Shown here in pieces: positions 1 through 11,603 of a DNA stretch of 50,870 nt (the first letter of the stretch is position 1; every line of letters begins with the position of its first letter). Made by a program: the position numbers and the translations under genes. Under the pieces are notes generated by a model. That model was not told the origin of the DNA and did no database searches. It was given only the letters and a program-made list of their open reading frames with translations. Source of the DNA: Halocafeteria seosinensis (Eukaryota); assembly GCA_001687465.1 (NCBI GenBank), contig LVLI01000040.1, forward strand, positions 62,001 through 112,870, in the 5' to 3' direction.

Positions 1-708
1 AGCCACTATAGACACTACTGTGCGCGCCGTCTTGCCGTTGCCTGAGACTTTGAATTTCCACGGGTGATTATGATCCCGAGCGATTGGTCCTCGAACGGTC
101 TTGAAATTCCAGGGTGGGTTACCTTGTACAATTGCTCGATAACGTCGCTCAACTGTACCATCGGTCCAGGCCTCCTGAAGATGTGGCATTAAACTGCGCT
201 TCAGCACAAATACTGAAACCCCCGATGTAATCCTATCCAGCCGATGGATCATTTTAACAAAGCCGGGGAGTCCATTGTAGTGTAGCGCCAGTAGAGTTTT
301 GACTTCGTGCTCCAGTGGGCTCTGTTGCTCTCTTGGCTCCTCTTCAGAGGACTCTTTTAGTTGGGATAGTTTTCCAACAGGCTTATTCACCGCTAGAAAC
401 CATTTGTTGAGTTTGAGTACCTCAAAGTCAAAGTGTGCATTTTGCCGTGATTCGGCGTCTGGGACAGCATCCAGTGGGACTTCCACCACTTCGTACCCTT
501 GCACTTCCTTGCTTAATTTTTTCGTTTTCTTTCCATTGACCGCGACTTTATTGTTGCTAATCAAATCCCGAGTCCGTCGCCGAGAAATCCCCGAAACATG
601 AGCCAATGCCTTATCTAACCTCTGTGTAGCGTCCACAAGTGCTTCCGGAATGACATACCGACGCGTTCTCCGGGCGATGTTCACCAAGTGCGTCCGTAGC
701 TGGCTCAT
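1..708 (-). CDS. RluA/RluD-family RNA pseudouridine synthase with N-terminal S4 domain (3' end runs off the window)
   Basis: Manual translation from ATG 708 is open to base 1. S4-like RLDKALAHVSGISRRRTRDLISNNKVAVNGK, motif I LAVNKPVG, catalytic HRLDRITSG, then RRYRAIVQG and GKTART. It is absent from the ORF track because no stop lies in the window. Confidence 0.9.
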   Translation of the reverse strand, partial: MSQLRTHLVNIARRTRRYVIPEALVDATQRLDKALAHVSGISRRRTRDLISNNKVAVNGKKTKKLSKEVQGYEVVEVPLDAVPDAESRQNAHFDFEVLKLNKWFLAVNKPVGKLSQLKESSEEEPREQQSPLEHEVKTLLALHYNGLPGFVKMIHRLDRITSGVSVFVLKRSLMPHLQEAWTDGTVERRYRAIVQGNPPWNFKTVRGPIARDHNHPWKFKVSGNGKTARTVVSIVA

Positions 709-1663
709 TCACTTGTCTTGCTGAAGCCACATTACACGACTCTTAAAATGGATAACTAAGCCACTCTCGACTCATTTAGGACGACAATTCTACCACTACC
801 GGTAATGTGAAGCTCATGGCCAACTAACTTCACATGGTGTTACACCCGAAGCCATGAGTCATGACCCATGAGGAAGCGTACAACATTTGCCAAGTGTGTG
901 GTGACACCACGATCTCAATGTTTTTACGCTACGGGAACTACGAGCCTTACATCTAGTGGAAACAGCTGGGGAGGGGTGTGCTGTGCCACCTTGTTTGCCA
1001 GGAGTATTGAGTATTGCAGGTACAACCGGTACAACCAGAACGTGGTATTGGCTATTGGATGATCGTTGTACAGTGTTACGCTGGCTGGAAGTAGATGGAA
1101 AATTCACAATGGCTCCAAATATCTCGTTAGGGTCCAATAAATCCCAATAACCCTGCTCAGAGTACAATGACACCTCGGACGAATACCCCCTCGTCGGTGG
1201 CACAGCGTTTCGCACATTGTATACAAGAAGCGTTACTCACTGTATTGTGACACAATGTTGTCAATGTTCCACGCTATGCGAACTACTAGCTTCTTGTGAA
1301 AGCAGCGGGGCTGACTGAACTTCGGGTGCTAAAGTCCGTCTTCATTGTGCAATCACGATTACCCAGAAGTTCATGAGTCGCCCAACACTGTGTTGGCATA
1401 TTCAACCCCATGAAGCTGTGCCTGTGTGATACTGAAGTATAGATTGCCGTAGTAGAGTCCTTTTAAGAATCTTGGACCCCGGTATCGGCGGTATGCTTCG
1501 TCGCATGAACTTCACGTGCACGACTCAAGAGCTGTGAGTCATGACCACTGACGCTGTTTGGATTGGTGTGAAAGGATAACACGAGAAGGAAGGAAACCCT
1601 CATTTGGTCAATATTCACATAGTGTGCCTCGCAATTAGCCAAACTGTCGTAGACTTGCAAATC

Positions 1664-4600
1664 ATGCCGACGGTAAGTGTTGTGTTCCAGCTGTGTTCTG
1701 CACTCCCCTTGGTGCCGTGTTGGAATTCCCTGATTTCATGCATACACATCTGTTCTTTCCCTTCAAACTTCGTGGGTGCAGTCGGGAACGCACTATGATG
1801 CTGCAAAGCAAACTTCAGAGCCACATTCTTACGAAGGAGGTCGTAGTGGCAGAACCACTACCCAGGTGAAAGAATTCCATGGAACTCACGAACCTCCGCG
1901 TACTGGCTTCAAGGCAGGGAAGATCTACTACCGAAGCGCCACGCGGTCGTTTTATCTGTGTTGTGCGTCTTCGGTGTACTGTTTCCGGATCGATAAAAAT
2001 GGCTGGTTAGAGCACCTCTATTGGGGACCGTGCATCGACAGTAACGATGACATGACGTACCTGCAGTACGCCAACGTCGATCTTCCATTTGACCCAAAGG
2101 TACGTACCGGTGCCCAGAGTTTCGGGTTCGTTGAATGACTATTCGTTTACGAATTTTCTATTGTGTTTCGAACGCTATTCATGCGAATCACAGCCGTCTC
2201 AGTCAGTGACAGCGGGGGAAGTCATCAGCCAGTTGGCAAAGGAAGATATAGATTCACTCCGGGCAATCTGGTTTCGAGCGCAAATATATAACTCGGGAAC
2301 GGAAGATGAAGATTCCATCACAGCTGCAAGGATTGAAAATGCCGCATGGAGGCTCATGCAGATGGATGTACACTGTCCTTCAAAAATGAAGAAGCCGCCG
2401 AGACACGAAGTATCGACATTGCTTGAGAGCAGCACACTACCAGGGTTCGCGGGTAGTCCTCGGAAAATGGAAGAAAATGTAGTTGGAGTAACTAATGGAG
2501 TTTCTGCGGGGGACGTCAGTCATTCAGAAGACATCGACTTTCAAGGCTCCCGGGATGTTGGCAAAAAGGGCACCGAGGCATTTTCGAGTCATGGCGCAGC
2601 CGAACAACAAGATCCTTCCAGAACGGGATTCGCAAAGGTTGCAGAAGCTATGGCTGCGCTTGCTCAGCCTCAGCTGGAACAAATGGTTGATGGGTCAGAG
2701 ACAGGGGAAGAGCCTGAAAATGAGGAATTACCATCGTCTCACCCATATCCGAGTGTTGCCCCACAAGCTCAAGGGTTGAAAGAGGGTGCGTCAAAACAGA
2801 GTATGCCGTCTGTTGTTGAATCCATTTGCCACCCGTGCAAAAATATGAGCCAGCGCTATGCCCGGCATGAACATGTTGTCGAACACAAAGTTGCGCAAGA
2901 CGAAGACAAAGAACAGCGTGCACCAGCCACAGCACTGGGGCACGCTCATGAGTCGGGGAAAGCTCTAAAGCGCAGAGCAAGAGGGGGTAGTGTTGAGGAA
3001 GTCAAACAATTGGTGGAAGAGTCGACGAGAAAAGGCTTTACTCCAGTAGGAGGAGCGGAAACTGTGTCAAAAGCTCATGCCCCAAGACGGCTTAGGAGAG
3101 CTGAGAGTGAGAGTGATCTTGCGCAACTCAAAGCAAACGATGCTGCAGTAGACGTTTCCTCTGGAAAGCATAGGGAAAGCTCTAAAACCGCGAATGATTC
3201 CTCCACAGGTAAACTCCCCTCTGAAGTTGGGAAACCGACTGATGGAGCAACGGCAACACCGGGACAGCAGGACGTTCCTCCGATTTCGATGGAGTCGGCG
3301 CTCCCAAACCTCGAGCACGATGATGATCATATCCTGATGAACGATGATGCCGGTGATGAAGTAGGAAGGAACATGAAACTTCTTGAGTACAGCGATCAAG
3401 GAACCGGCGACTACCGCTCCCCTTCGTTCGTTGTTCAATACGAAGATGGAAGTACTATTTCGCCCCTGGTATATAAGAACCATTTCATTTATCCAGGTAC
3501 GTAATCCTAGTTTTGGGATTTCTTGCTCGCTGATGTGTTAGATGAGCATTTTTGCTTGCGTATCATTCGCAGGGAAAATGCGTATGAGGACTCCGTTGCC
3601 TTGTGTTCGTACCGACGAGGAACTGGATGAGGAAGAAGCGTCGACTCTGATTGTTACTTTGCTCGATGAATTTACTGGAATGGAAATAGAGTTAGTTTAC
3701 ACCGGTGAGTAGTAGGTTCGGTTGTTTTCTTATTTATTTATACTCACCACTTGGCTTTCGGGGTGTGTGACTTCAGTGTTTAGAGACTATGACGCTCTCA
3801 CTCGCAAGTCTATCGTTCACAACAAGAGCTTCCTGAAAGGCCCCTTCAAAGCAGAACAGGATACGTCAAGTAGTGAGAAGTCGGACGATCCCCAAACCTC
3901 CGCTAACTGGTCTGCGGAACTTGCCGGAGGTCTTGGATGCCAGAGCGAGTACGAAAGGTGGGAAGAACGCGCCACGGCCTGCGGGTGCCGAGATTCGGCA
4001 CCTGTTCAGTACTCAATAAATGCGCCTGATCAGTATCACCAGAGCCAAATTCCTGCGGAGGAAATGGAAGGAGTCTCTACTAGAAATGGACAAACTATTA
4101 AAGTATCACGACTGATGAGCTGTTCAGTGGATTTTCACGCTGGGGAATACTACATTTCTCATCTTTCAGGTATGTGGGTTTACTATCTGCTTGTGTCTGA
4201 GACAATAAACGATCTGGACTTCTTTTGTTTGTAATGTTATACAGGAGCTTGGGCGGGTGAAAGACAAATTTGTACGCGCAGGTGTGATCAAGGCGTTTTC
4301 TTTGTGGAGTCACGGCGGGGGACCAGCTCTCACCAGCATAATCCGTTTTTGGCTCTGACGGATGGACCGCCCTCCGAAAACAGCGGTAGAGCTTACGGCT
4401 TTGCCCTCATCTACTCCGGGAATTTCCGCGGCGAAGTGGAAATCAGTGAATCTCGTCGCGCTCGCCTCAATATGGGGCTCCAACCGACATCGTTTCAGTG
4501 GGATCTGGCTCCAGGGGAATCATTTGAGTCTCCAGAAGTAGTAATGACCTACAGTAGCTCCGGGCTGTCTCAAATAAGCCAAAATTTTCACGCCCTTTTC

Positions 4601-6082
4601 CGGGAAAAAGTCATTCCAAGAGAATTCCGTTGGCATATTTGCCCCGTCCTACTAAATACCTGGGAGGCCATGTATTTTGACGTGACGCATGACAAAGTTG
4701 TTAAGCTAGCCCAAAGAGCTGCTAACATAGGTGTGGAAATGCTTGTTGTCGATGATGGTTGGTTCCTTGGGAGAAACGATGATACCTCATCCCTGGGAGA
4801 CTGGTTCGAAGATACGTCAAAATTGCCATTCGGCTTGCGCGGCTTAGGAGCAGAATTGCGTCGGTTAGGTTTAAAGTTTGGGATTTGGATAGAGCCTGAG
4901 ATGGTGAACGTCAAGTCGCGGCTGTATCGCAGACATCCCCACTGGTGTCTCCAGGTGGCAGGACGCGGTCGCAGCGAAGGACGAAATCAATTAGTGCTAG
5001 ACTTTTGTCGACCAGAGGTAGTGGAGCACATCAAGAAGACGCTGCTTCGGGTGATCTCCGATGCACAGGCGGATTACATTAAATGGGACATGAACCGGCA
5101 TTTGAGTGAAGCCTTTTCAGCTGCTTTGCCTCCAGAGAAGCAAGGGGAAGTCTTCCATCGGTACATGCTCGGAGTATATCAGGTATTCCAAACCCTAAGG
5201 GACAATTTTCCGAATCTACTGATAGAGACTTGCTCGGGTGGTGGTGGCCGCTTTGACGCTGGAATGCTTTACTACTCACCTCAAATCTGGGCTTCGGATA
5301 ACACGGATGCGCTCACTCGGATTAAGATTCAGTACGGTACATCCCTGGCCTACCCTGCTTCATCTTTCGGCTCACACATCAGCGAAGTTCCTAATCATCA
5401 AACATTGCGGCATACTACTCTGAAAACCCGTTTCCTGGTAGCTTTGTGCGGAACGTTCGGCCTTGAAATGGACCTTGCACCATTCAAGGAATCAGAGCTC
5501 GCAGAGCTGGAATACTACATTCAGCTGAGGAAAGAGCTTGCACCGATTACAACATTCGGAAGGTTTTATCGACTGTGGTCGCCGTTCAAATTTGACTCTG
5601 CGGCTTGGATGTTCGTAGTTCACGCGGGCACACTCCGCAGAGCCATGGCTGAAGGCTTTACGCAACCTGCTTGTGGTGAAAGTTGCCGGATAACCTCCTC
5701 CAAGCCACCTACCGAAAGGCTACACGATGGGCATGCGACAAGCGAAGAGTTCTTCTCTCGTCTTCCTGTCGTAGAACAAGCTCTTGTATGCGCATTCAGT
5801 TTGACCAAGGATACTGGCTCCACGTTACCGCGTCTTCGCCTTAAAGGCTTAAACCCTGATAAACGCTATCGAGTTGTCGAACTTTGTCCAGGAACATTGC
5901 GGCGACTTAGCACGGGTAAAATAGTCCATGATCCTGACAATCCAGTATACCAGTTTGGCTCCCCAAGGCCTCTCATCCTGTCGGGTAAAGCCCTGATGAA
6001 TGCTGGTCTTCCTGTACGCTTCGAGTTTGATGGAGATAGCGTCGCATTCAAACTCACTGCTCTCCAGGGAAAGCAGAAGTAA
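1664..6082 (+). CDS. Glycoside hydrolase family 36 alpha-galactosidase, multi-exon, with a ~390-aa insertion in the N-terminal domain
   Basis: Exons approx. 1664-1672, 1782-2099, 2194-3496, 3573-3704, 3778-4169 and ~4245-6082, with GT-AG introns. Motifs LEHLYWG, EYSDQGTGDYRSP, SSHQHNPF, LLNTWEAMYFD, VVDDGWF, FGIWIEPEMV, nucleophile YIKWDMNR, CSGGGGRFD, acid/base WASDNTD. Confidence 0.92.
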
Positions 6083-6260
6083 AGCCAGAGGCTATTACCA
6101 TCGAACTGTGCAATTGAAAATGAACATTAGTAAATCACTACATATACCATGCTATGTGTGCACATTCATCATGCAGTGGGTGTCGTCACCGGAAATACCA
6201 TTCGGCAGCACTAATTCATCTCTATAAGCTTCACGTGTTCGTAAAGACGGATCATGCCAG

Positions 6261-7220
6261 TTACATGTCTTGAGCTGTCAGTTGGGTCCAAGGAGCATCT
6301 AAAGAGCTTATCCGCAACGTCGGGAATGCGAGCACTCCAACCATTCCAGAAAATAACACGTAAGGAATGGCTCGAACCAGTCGGTGCTCCACTTCAGCTT
6401 CCAAAGCTCTCGCTGTCGGGCGCGTGATAGGAGGAAATCCCAGCAAACCATCTCCAGGCTTCCTAAAACCTGTAAGCACCGAGTATGGGGAGGGACGCTG
6501 CGCAGAATTACCATGATTTCCCTCAGCCGATGGTTCTTGACCCTTCGAATTAACTACAGTTATACGACCTGTTTTGAGTAAAATGTACGAAACCAGAGAT
6601 CCAAACGACGGCGACATGTGACTCGCAAAAGGAATTGAAAATAACAATCCTCCAATTCCGCCCCTCCATACATGGGAAATGCGATCCCTGGATATACACG
6701 CACCCATGATAACGGTGATTAGCAACTTCTTCCGATGCGATCGACGGCTCCTGACTTACCTCGGCCCATTAGGTTCCGCATAGCGCGTTTCCAAGATATT
6801 TAATCGACGGTGCATGTAGCTCCACCAGCCGAAACTTAGTCCGAAAGAAATACATGAACGACCCAAAATTAGCATATATCGCCTCCTGCGACATAAATCC
6901 CGGTACGTGTTCCTGTGCTGCAACACGTTAGCGACGGATTACGGCACTTACATAGGCATCTGTAGATCCTCATAGTGGGTTCTGGCTTCCAAGTACGCCA
7001 TAATGGAGCCTACAGGGTATCCCATGACGAGCCCGTAGTACAGACCACATCCTGTTGCATTGCCCCCATCGGTCGTCCTTATCCATCGTCCGATGGGCGC
7101 TGTTAGTCGTCGCCAGAGAGGCTGATGCACTCCTTCCTCATGGTTGTCGTGGTGCTGTGACTGCTGATCGCTTCGAACGTGGCTTTGGGAACCGTCATCC
7201 TTATCCGGAGAAGACGACAT
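6261..7220 (-). CDS. Small multi-pass membrane protein, possibly a divergent Tim17/Tim22/Tim23-family member
   Basis: ATG 7220. GTAAGT donors near 6951 and 6759 join ORFs 6948-7313 and 6261-6725 in frame. Four Gly-rich hydrophobic segments: GLYYGLVMGYPVG, SCISFGLSFGWW, WRGGIGGLLF, IPYVLFSGMVGVLAF. Confidence 0.55.
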
Positions 7221-8271
7221 GGTGTGAAATGTGGAACCGACTGCAAAATTGTAGCAAGTAGGTACACGTCTTCTCTGGTTCAAAGTGAAAGTGTGAGAAG
7301 TGGTCGCATCCACTTTTCAGCTCTCGTCTCTACGTACATTGACGAGTTTGTTCGGGAACACTCGGAGTGGAGAGTATAATGTTGCATGCATACAACACTC
7401 TTTTCTATGGAGCTCTATACACACTATACCACACGTACACGTATTACACCGGCAAGCTTCACAACAAGCGTGGTACGCATAAAACTACAGCTGGATACAC
7501 CACCGTGGTATAGGATCGGTCCTGTTTGCTATATTCTGCAAGCAAGTGTATGTAAGTTGCTGTGTGCGAATTGTAATCTCCTTCCAGGAAACCGGGAAAC
7601 CATGCTCGCGAATGGTAAATGTGCAACCCATGCGTTGCCCCAACCCAGGAGTGAGTGTTAAGAGAAGAGAACTGAGAAAAGAAGAAAACTAGCAGTGAGC
7701 GTTGCGGCAGGCTCATCAGCATGGGATGCGCAAGTAGGATGGCTGATAAAAGTGAGTACCGCTTCAACTTCTGAGGCTAACTTCCTCGCGCCTCGGAGTT
7801 TTGTAACAAGTTCCAAGAACCCTGCTCGTATCACCAACAACAGTGCTGCCCAAAACGTGCGAATATGGCAAGATTTCGTTCGCCGTACCTTTTCCCGGAA
7901 AATTGACATACTACCGTAGATTTGAAGAATTCGAGATTACTGTACATCTTACATTCACCACTCTCTCTATGTACATGAAAGAGTTTGTTCCAAAATACTC
8001 TGTGTGGAGCCTAAAACGTTGCATGTATGCAACACCTTCTTGTTTTTTTTTTCTTTGCTGTAGAGCTCGGTACACTTTCAAAGTTGCAACCAGCTTGGTA
8101 AGTTCCCAAATGAAACTTTCAACGGTGCAACTTCACATCCATGCATCATTCACAGAAAGGAAGTTGCACCGTACAACACACGAGAGTACTACAAGTCCCG
8201 AGTTTGAAAGCAACTGAGTAAGGTAGATAGCTGGATGCCGCATTCGAGTTGTGTACACTGAATTGGATGCG

Positions 8272-9020
8272 ATGGCGGCGCTACAACGACCGGTGATCGT
8301 GCTCTTGGGGGACAGCATTACGCAGCAAGCGAGCTATGGTTGGCATGGGTTACTCGAGGATTCTCTGCAGAGGAAGGTACGAGTACGGAATCTGGGATTT
8401 TCTCCCACAAGTTGTTGAGAGATTGGTCCTTAAGTCGATTTTTTCAGGTGGATGTACTGAACCGAGGATATAGCGGGTACAACACGAAATGGATTCGTAA
8501 CATTCTTCGGAGTATCTTCCCCCAGGAATTCGATACACAAGTGCCAACAGTAAACCCCGAACTAGTGACGGTCTTTTTCGGAGCCAACGATAGTGTTAAA
8601 GAAGGAGAGGTGCAGCATGTATCCTTGGCGGACTTCGAGGCGAACTTATTATACATAGTCGACTGGCTCAAAGTGACGACCCAAAGTAAACGAATATTGT
8701 TAATTGCACCGCCGCCAGTGGACGAATCTCAGTGGGGTAACCGATCATGCGAACGTGTGAAGAAGTATGGTCGGACTATTAAGTCCATCAGCCAATGCAC
8801 TGACTGTAGCTTTTTGGACCTTTACGAGGAATTTATGGCCTATGGCTCGGATAACGGGTCCTTGCTCAATGACGGTCTGCATCTGAACGACCAAGGAAAT
8901 CGAGTGGTATTTGAAGGTGTTAAAAGAGTGATAGAGAAAAATTATCCTGATTTATACGAGCTAGCTCTGGATCAAACCGATTGGAAGGATCTTGCTGGAA
9001 TCGCGGATTCCTCTTCATGA
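8272..9020 (+). CDS. SGNH/GDSL hydrolase, isoamyl acetate-hydrolysing esterase (IAH1)-like
   Basis: MAALQRPVIVLLGDSITQQ (block I), intron 8377-8447, then DVLNRGYSGYNT, FFGANDS and DGLHLN (catalytic D/H). Confidence 0.92.
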
Positions 9021-9285
9021 ACCTTTCGCCCATGAACCAACTTTTATCAGAGAAGAGGTGAAGCCTCAGATATGAAGTGAATTACCGCATTTTAGTCCCT
9101 TCAATTCCCATAGAAGTTGCCTGCAGAGTTCTCCACTGGGTAGGTAGGCCTTGGAGGAAATCCAACTTGGGGTCTAACTTATCCAATCTAAGTTAGATGT
9201 GTTTTGTGAGTCGGGTTTGTATGTTTATTTTTCATTGAGACTCAGAAATTCCCACAAACAATGAGTATATATAACACAATCCTCA

Positions 9286-9303
9286 CTGCTGCTGCTGCTG
9301 CTG
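9286..9303 (+). repeat. (CTG)6 microsatellite, just downstream of a TATA-like TATATATAA (9266-9274) and upstream of the HCF101-like ATG
   Basis: Read directly from the sequence. Confidence 0.8.
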
Positions 9304-9343
9304 CCAATCTTTAAGTTCAAATTCTAACTTCCACGCGCCCACG

Positions 9344-11603
9344 ATGCGTCGTGCATTGTCCATTGCTCCTCGATTGCTTTCCTTTCACCTCCGCTCAGCG
9401 ACAAGGACGGACACAGTATTATCGTGCCTTCCAGTGCAGCATGCGTATTCAATCTCAGGCGCATACTTTGGAACGGAAGCGACGCAGTTGACTCCACGTC
9501 AAGTGGCTTTGCTGGAGGACAAGGTGCTGCAAGCCCTCAAGACCGTGCAAGACCCCTATCTCCACAAGGACGAAAATGGCGGCAATATCGTGCCCTCGAA
9601 CATGGTCAACGTACGTGAAGCAGAAGTGGTCGATATTCATGACTATGACACTGTGTTTGTGGTTTGAATTCCTCCCTCTCACTGCAGATGGTGGAAGTGG
9701 AGCAGGAATCAGGAAGGACAACGATAGTGCTCGATTTACCCTCTTCAATTTGGCCGGCAGCGACAGAGGTAGGCCAGCCGCCTTGCGGAAGCTTGGTAAA
9801 ACATTCTCTGAGAATATTGCCGTCTGACGTGCTTTCTGCAGCTTCGGGAACGAGCCCGGGAAGCTTTACGCCAAGTAGAAGGACTGGATGCTGATGCAGT
9901 CAATATAGTCTCCAAGACAAAGTCTGCAAAGACGAGGAAGAAGTCTCTTAAATCACAGGAAACCACACTAGATGGTGTGAATAAGATTATAGCAGTCTCT
10001 AGGTAGGACAGTCTAACTATCTGCGAGGAATTGTGGAGCACAGGTTGGGTTTTACATGGTTTGATTTGATTGAACGCAGCTGCAAAGGTGGCGTTGGCAA
10101 ATCCACGGTCGCCGTCAACTTGGCAATGATGCTAAAGACTCTCGGAGCAAACGTCGGTATATTTGATGCCGATGTCTATGGGCCTAGCTTACCAATGTTG
10201 CTTTCTCCGGAGGATCCGAGAGGTGTGTATGCTATGTGCCGTCCCTCCCAATTGTTGTATGACAACCCGGTTTCCCTCTGCAGTATTCAAATTGGATAAT
10301 GGGAGGATAAATCCGGTAGTTTATGAAGGCATGAATACCATGAGCTACGGGTATGTTGCTCCGAGGAATAAACGCGGAGAGCGAGGTAAGGCGTTCGTTT
10401 CTGTATATGAAGGCGCATGATGCCTCCCATTCAAGAGAATTGCTTGCCTGTTGCAGGAGGAGCATTGATGAGGGGACCAATGGTGTCTAATGTAGTGAAA
10501 CAGTTAGCGAACTTTACAGAATGGGGAGAATTGGACTATCTTGTGGTTGATATGCCTCCAGGAACAGGAGATGTTAACATTACTGTGGGACAAAATGTCC
10601 CTATAGACGCTGGAGTCGTAGTGACAACACCGCATAAGCTGAGCTATGCAGATGTGATTAAGGGGATTGATCTCTTCCAGGAAATGAAGGTATGGCTCAC
10701 CGATGACAGCGACTGTTGGACAAGGGAGGACGCTTTGTGGGTTATCAATTCCAGGTACCAGTCGCTGCGGTCGTGGAAAACATGTCCTTTTTCGATACTG
10801 AAGAAGGAAAAAGATACTTCCCTTTTGGTAAGCATGGTTTGACCACGATGCAAACGTTGGTGGACTGCAAAAGAGTCACATTGCAGGAAAAGGGCATACT
10901 GATAAGCTAATAGAGCGAACTTCCTTGGGCGACGAGGACATCTTCAAGTTTCCGATTACGCAAGAAATTTCCGAGTCTTCCAATGATGCAAGGTAAGAAG
11001 CACTGTCTTGGATGTCCACCGGAGCTTCTAGTAATCCATCTTTCTTTAATCACACTGTCCAGACCCTTCATAACTTCCGAAAATATGGAAAATGATGTCT
11101 CGAAAATTTACCGGGGCATGGCAGAGCATATCATCATCAAGGTACGTTGCGCTATGAGGGCCGATTCTTTCAGGTGGCTGATACAGCTGTTCGATGGTAT
11201 TGCAGATGGCTATAGAGGAGGAAAAGTCTGGGAAACCCCTGACTACTGTTTCGTTCCAACCTGGAAAAGGCATTGTGGTACAAAGCTTATCGCGGCAAGG
11301 AGCTTCCTTGAAATACATTCATCCTGCAGAACTTAGGAGACAGTGCCGATGTGCTGCTTGTGTCGATGAAGCTACAGGGGAGCAGTTGTTGCGGTCAGAG
11401 GATGTTCCTGATACTGTCGAGCCTACACAAATAACTCCGCAAGGTATTTTTTTCTCTAGTATCTCGCCTCGGTCCTCATCCCTTATCCACAACTGATGTC
11501 CGCAGGAAACTACGGAGTAGCAGTGCAATGGAGTGATGGCCACACTTCTTCGCTCTATTCTTACGAAAAGTTGCAGTCTCTTGCTCAAGAAACTTCCCCA
11601 TGA
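9344..11603 (+). CDS. HCF101: HCF101-like Mrp/NBP35 P-loop Fe-S scaffold (DUF59 + ParA-type NTPase + DUF971) with a predicted mitochondrial presequence
   Basis: About 11 exons. DUF59-like [11 protein letters not shown], Walker [53 protein letters not shown], and DUF971 CRCAACVDE...[13 protein letters not shown]. The N-terminus [21 protein letters not shown] is Arg/Ser-rich and lacks acidic residues. Confidence 0.88.

Noticed and set aside
859..1660. Short ORFs between the RluA-like and GH36 genes, with one minus-strand intron-like segment
   Set aside because: No recognisable motif and no consistent spliced frame; may be UTR or non-coding.
7386..8217. Cluster of short ORFs and GTAAGT/GTGAGT donor-like sites
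   Set aside because: No convincing protein could be assembled.
9173..9197. Inverted repeat TCTAACTTA-7nt-TAAGTTAGA
   Set aside because: A single AT-rich 9-bp stem is compatible with chance; no associated element.
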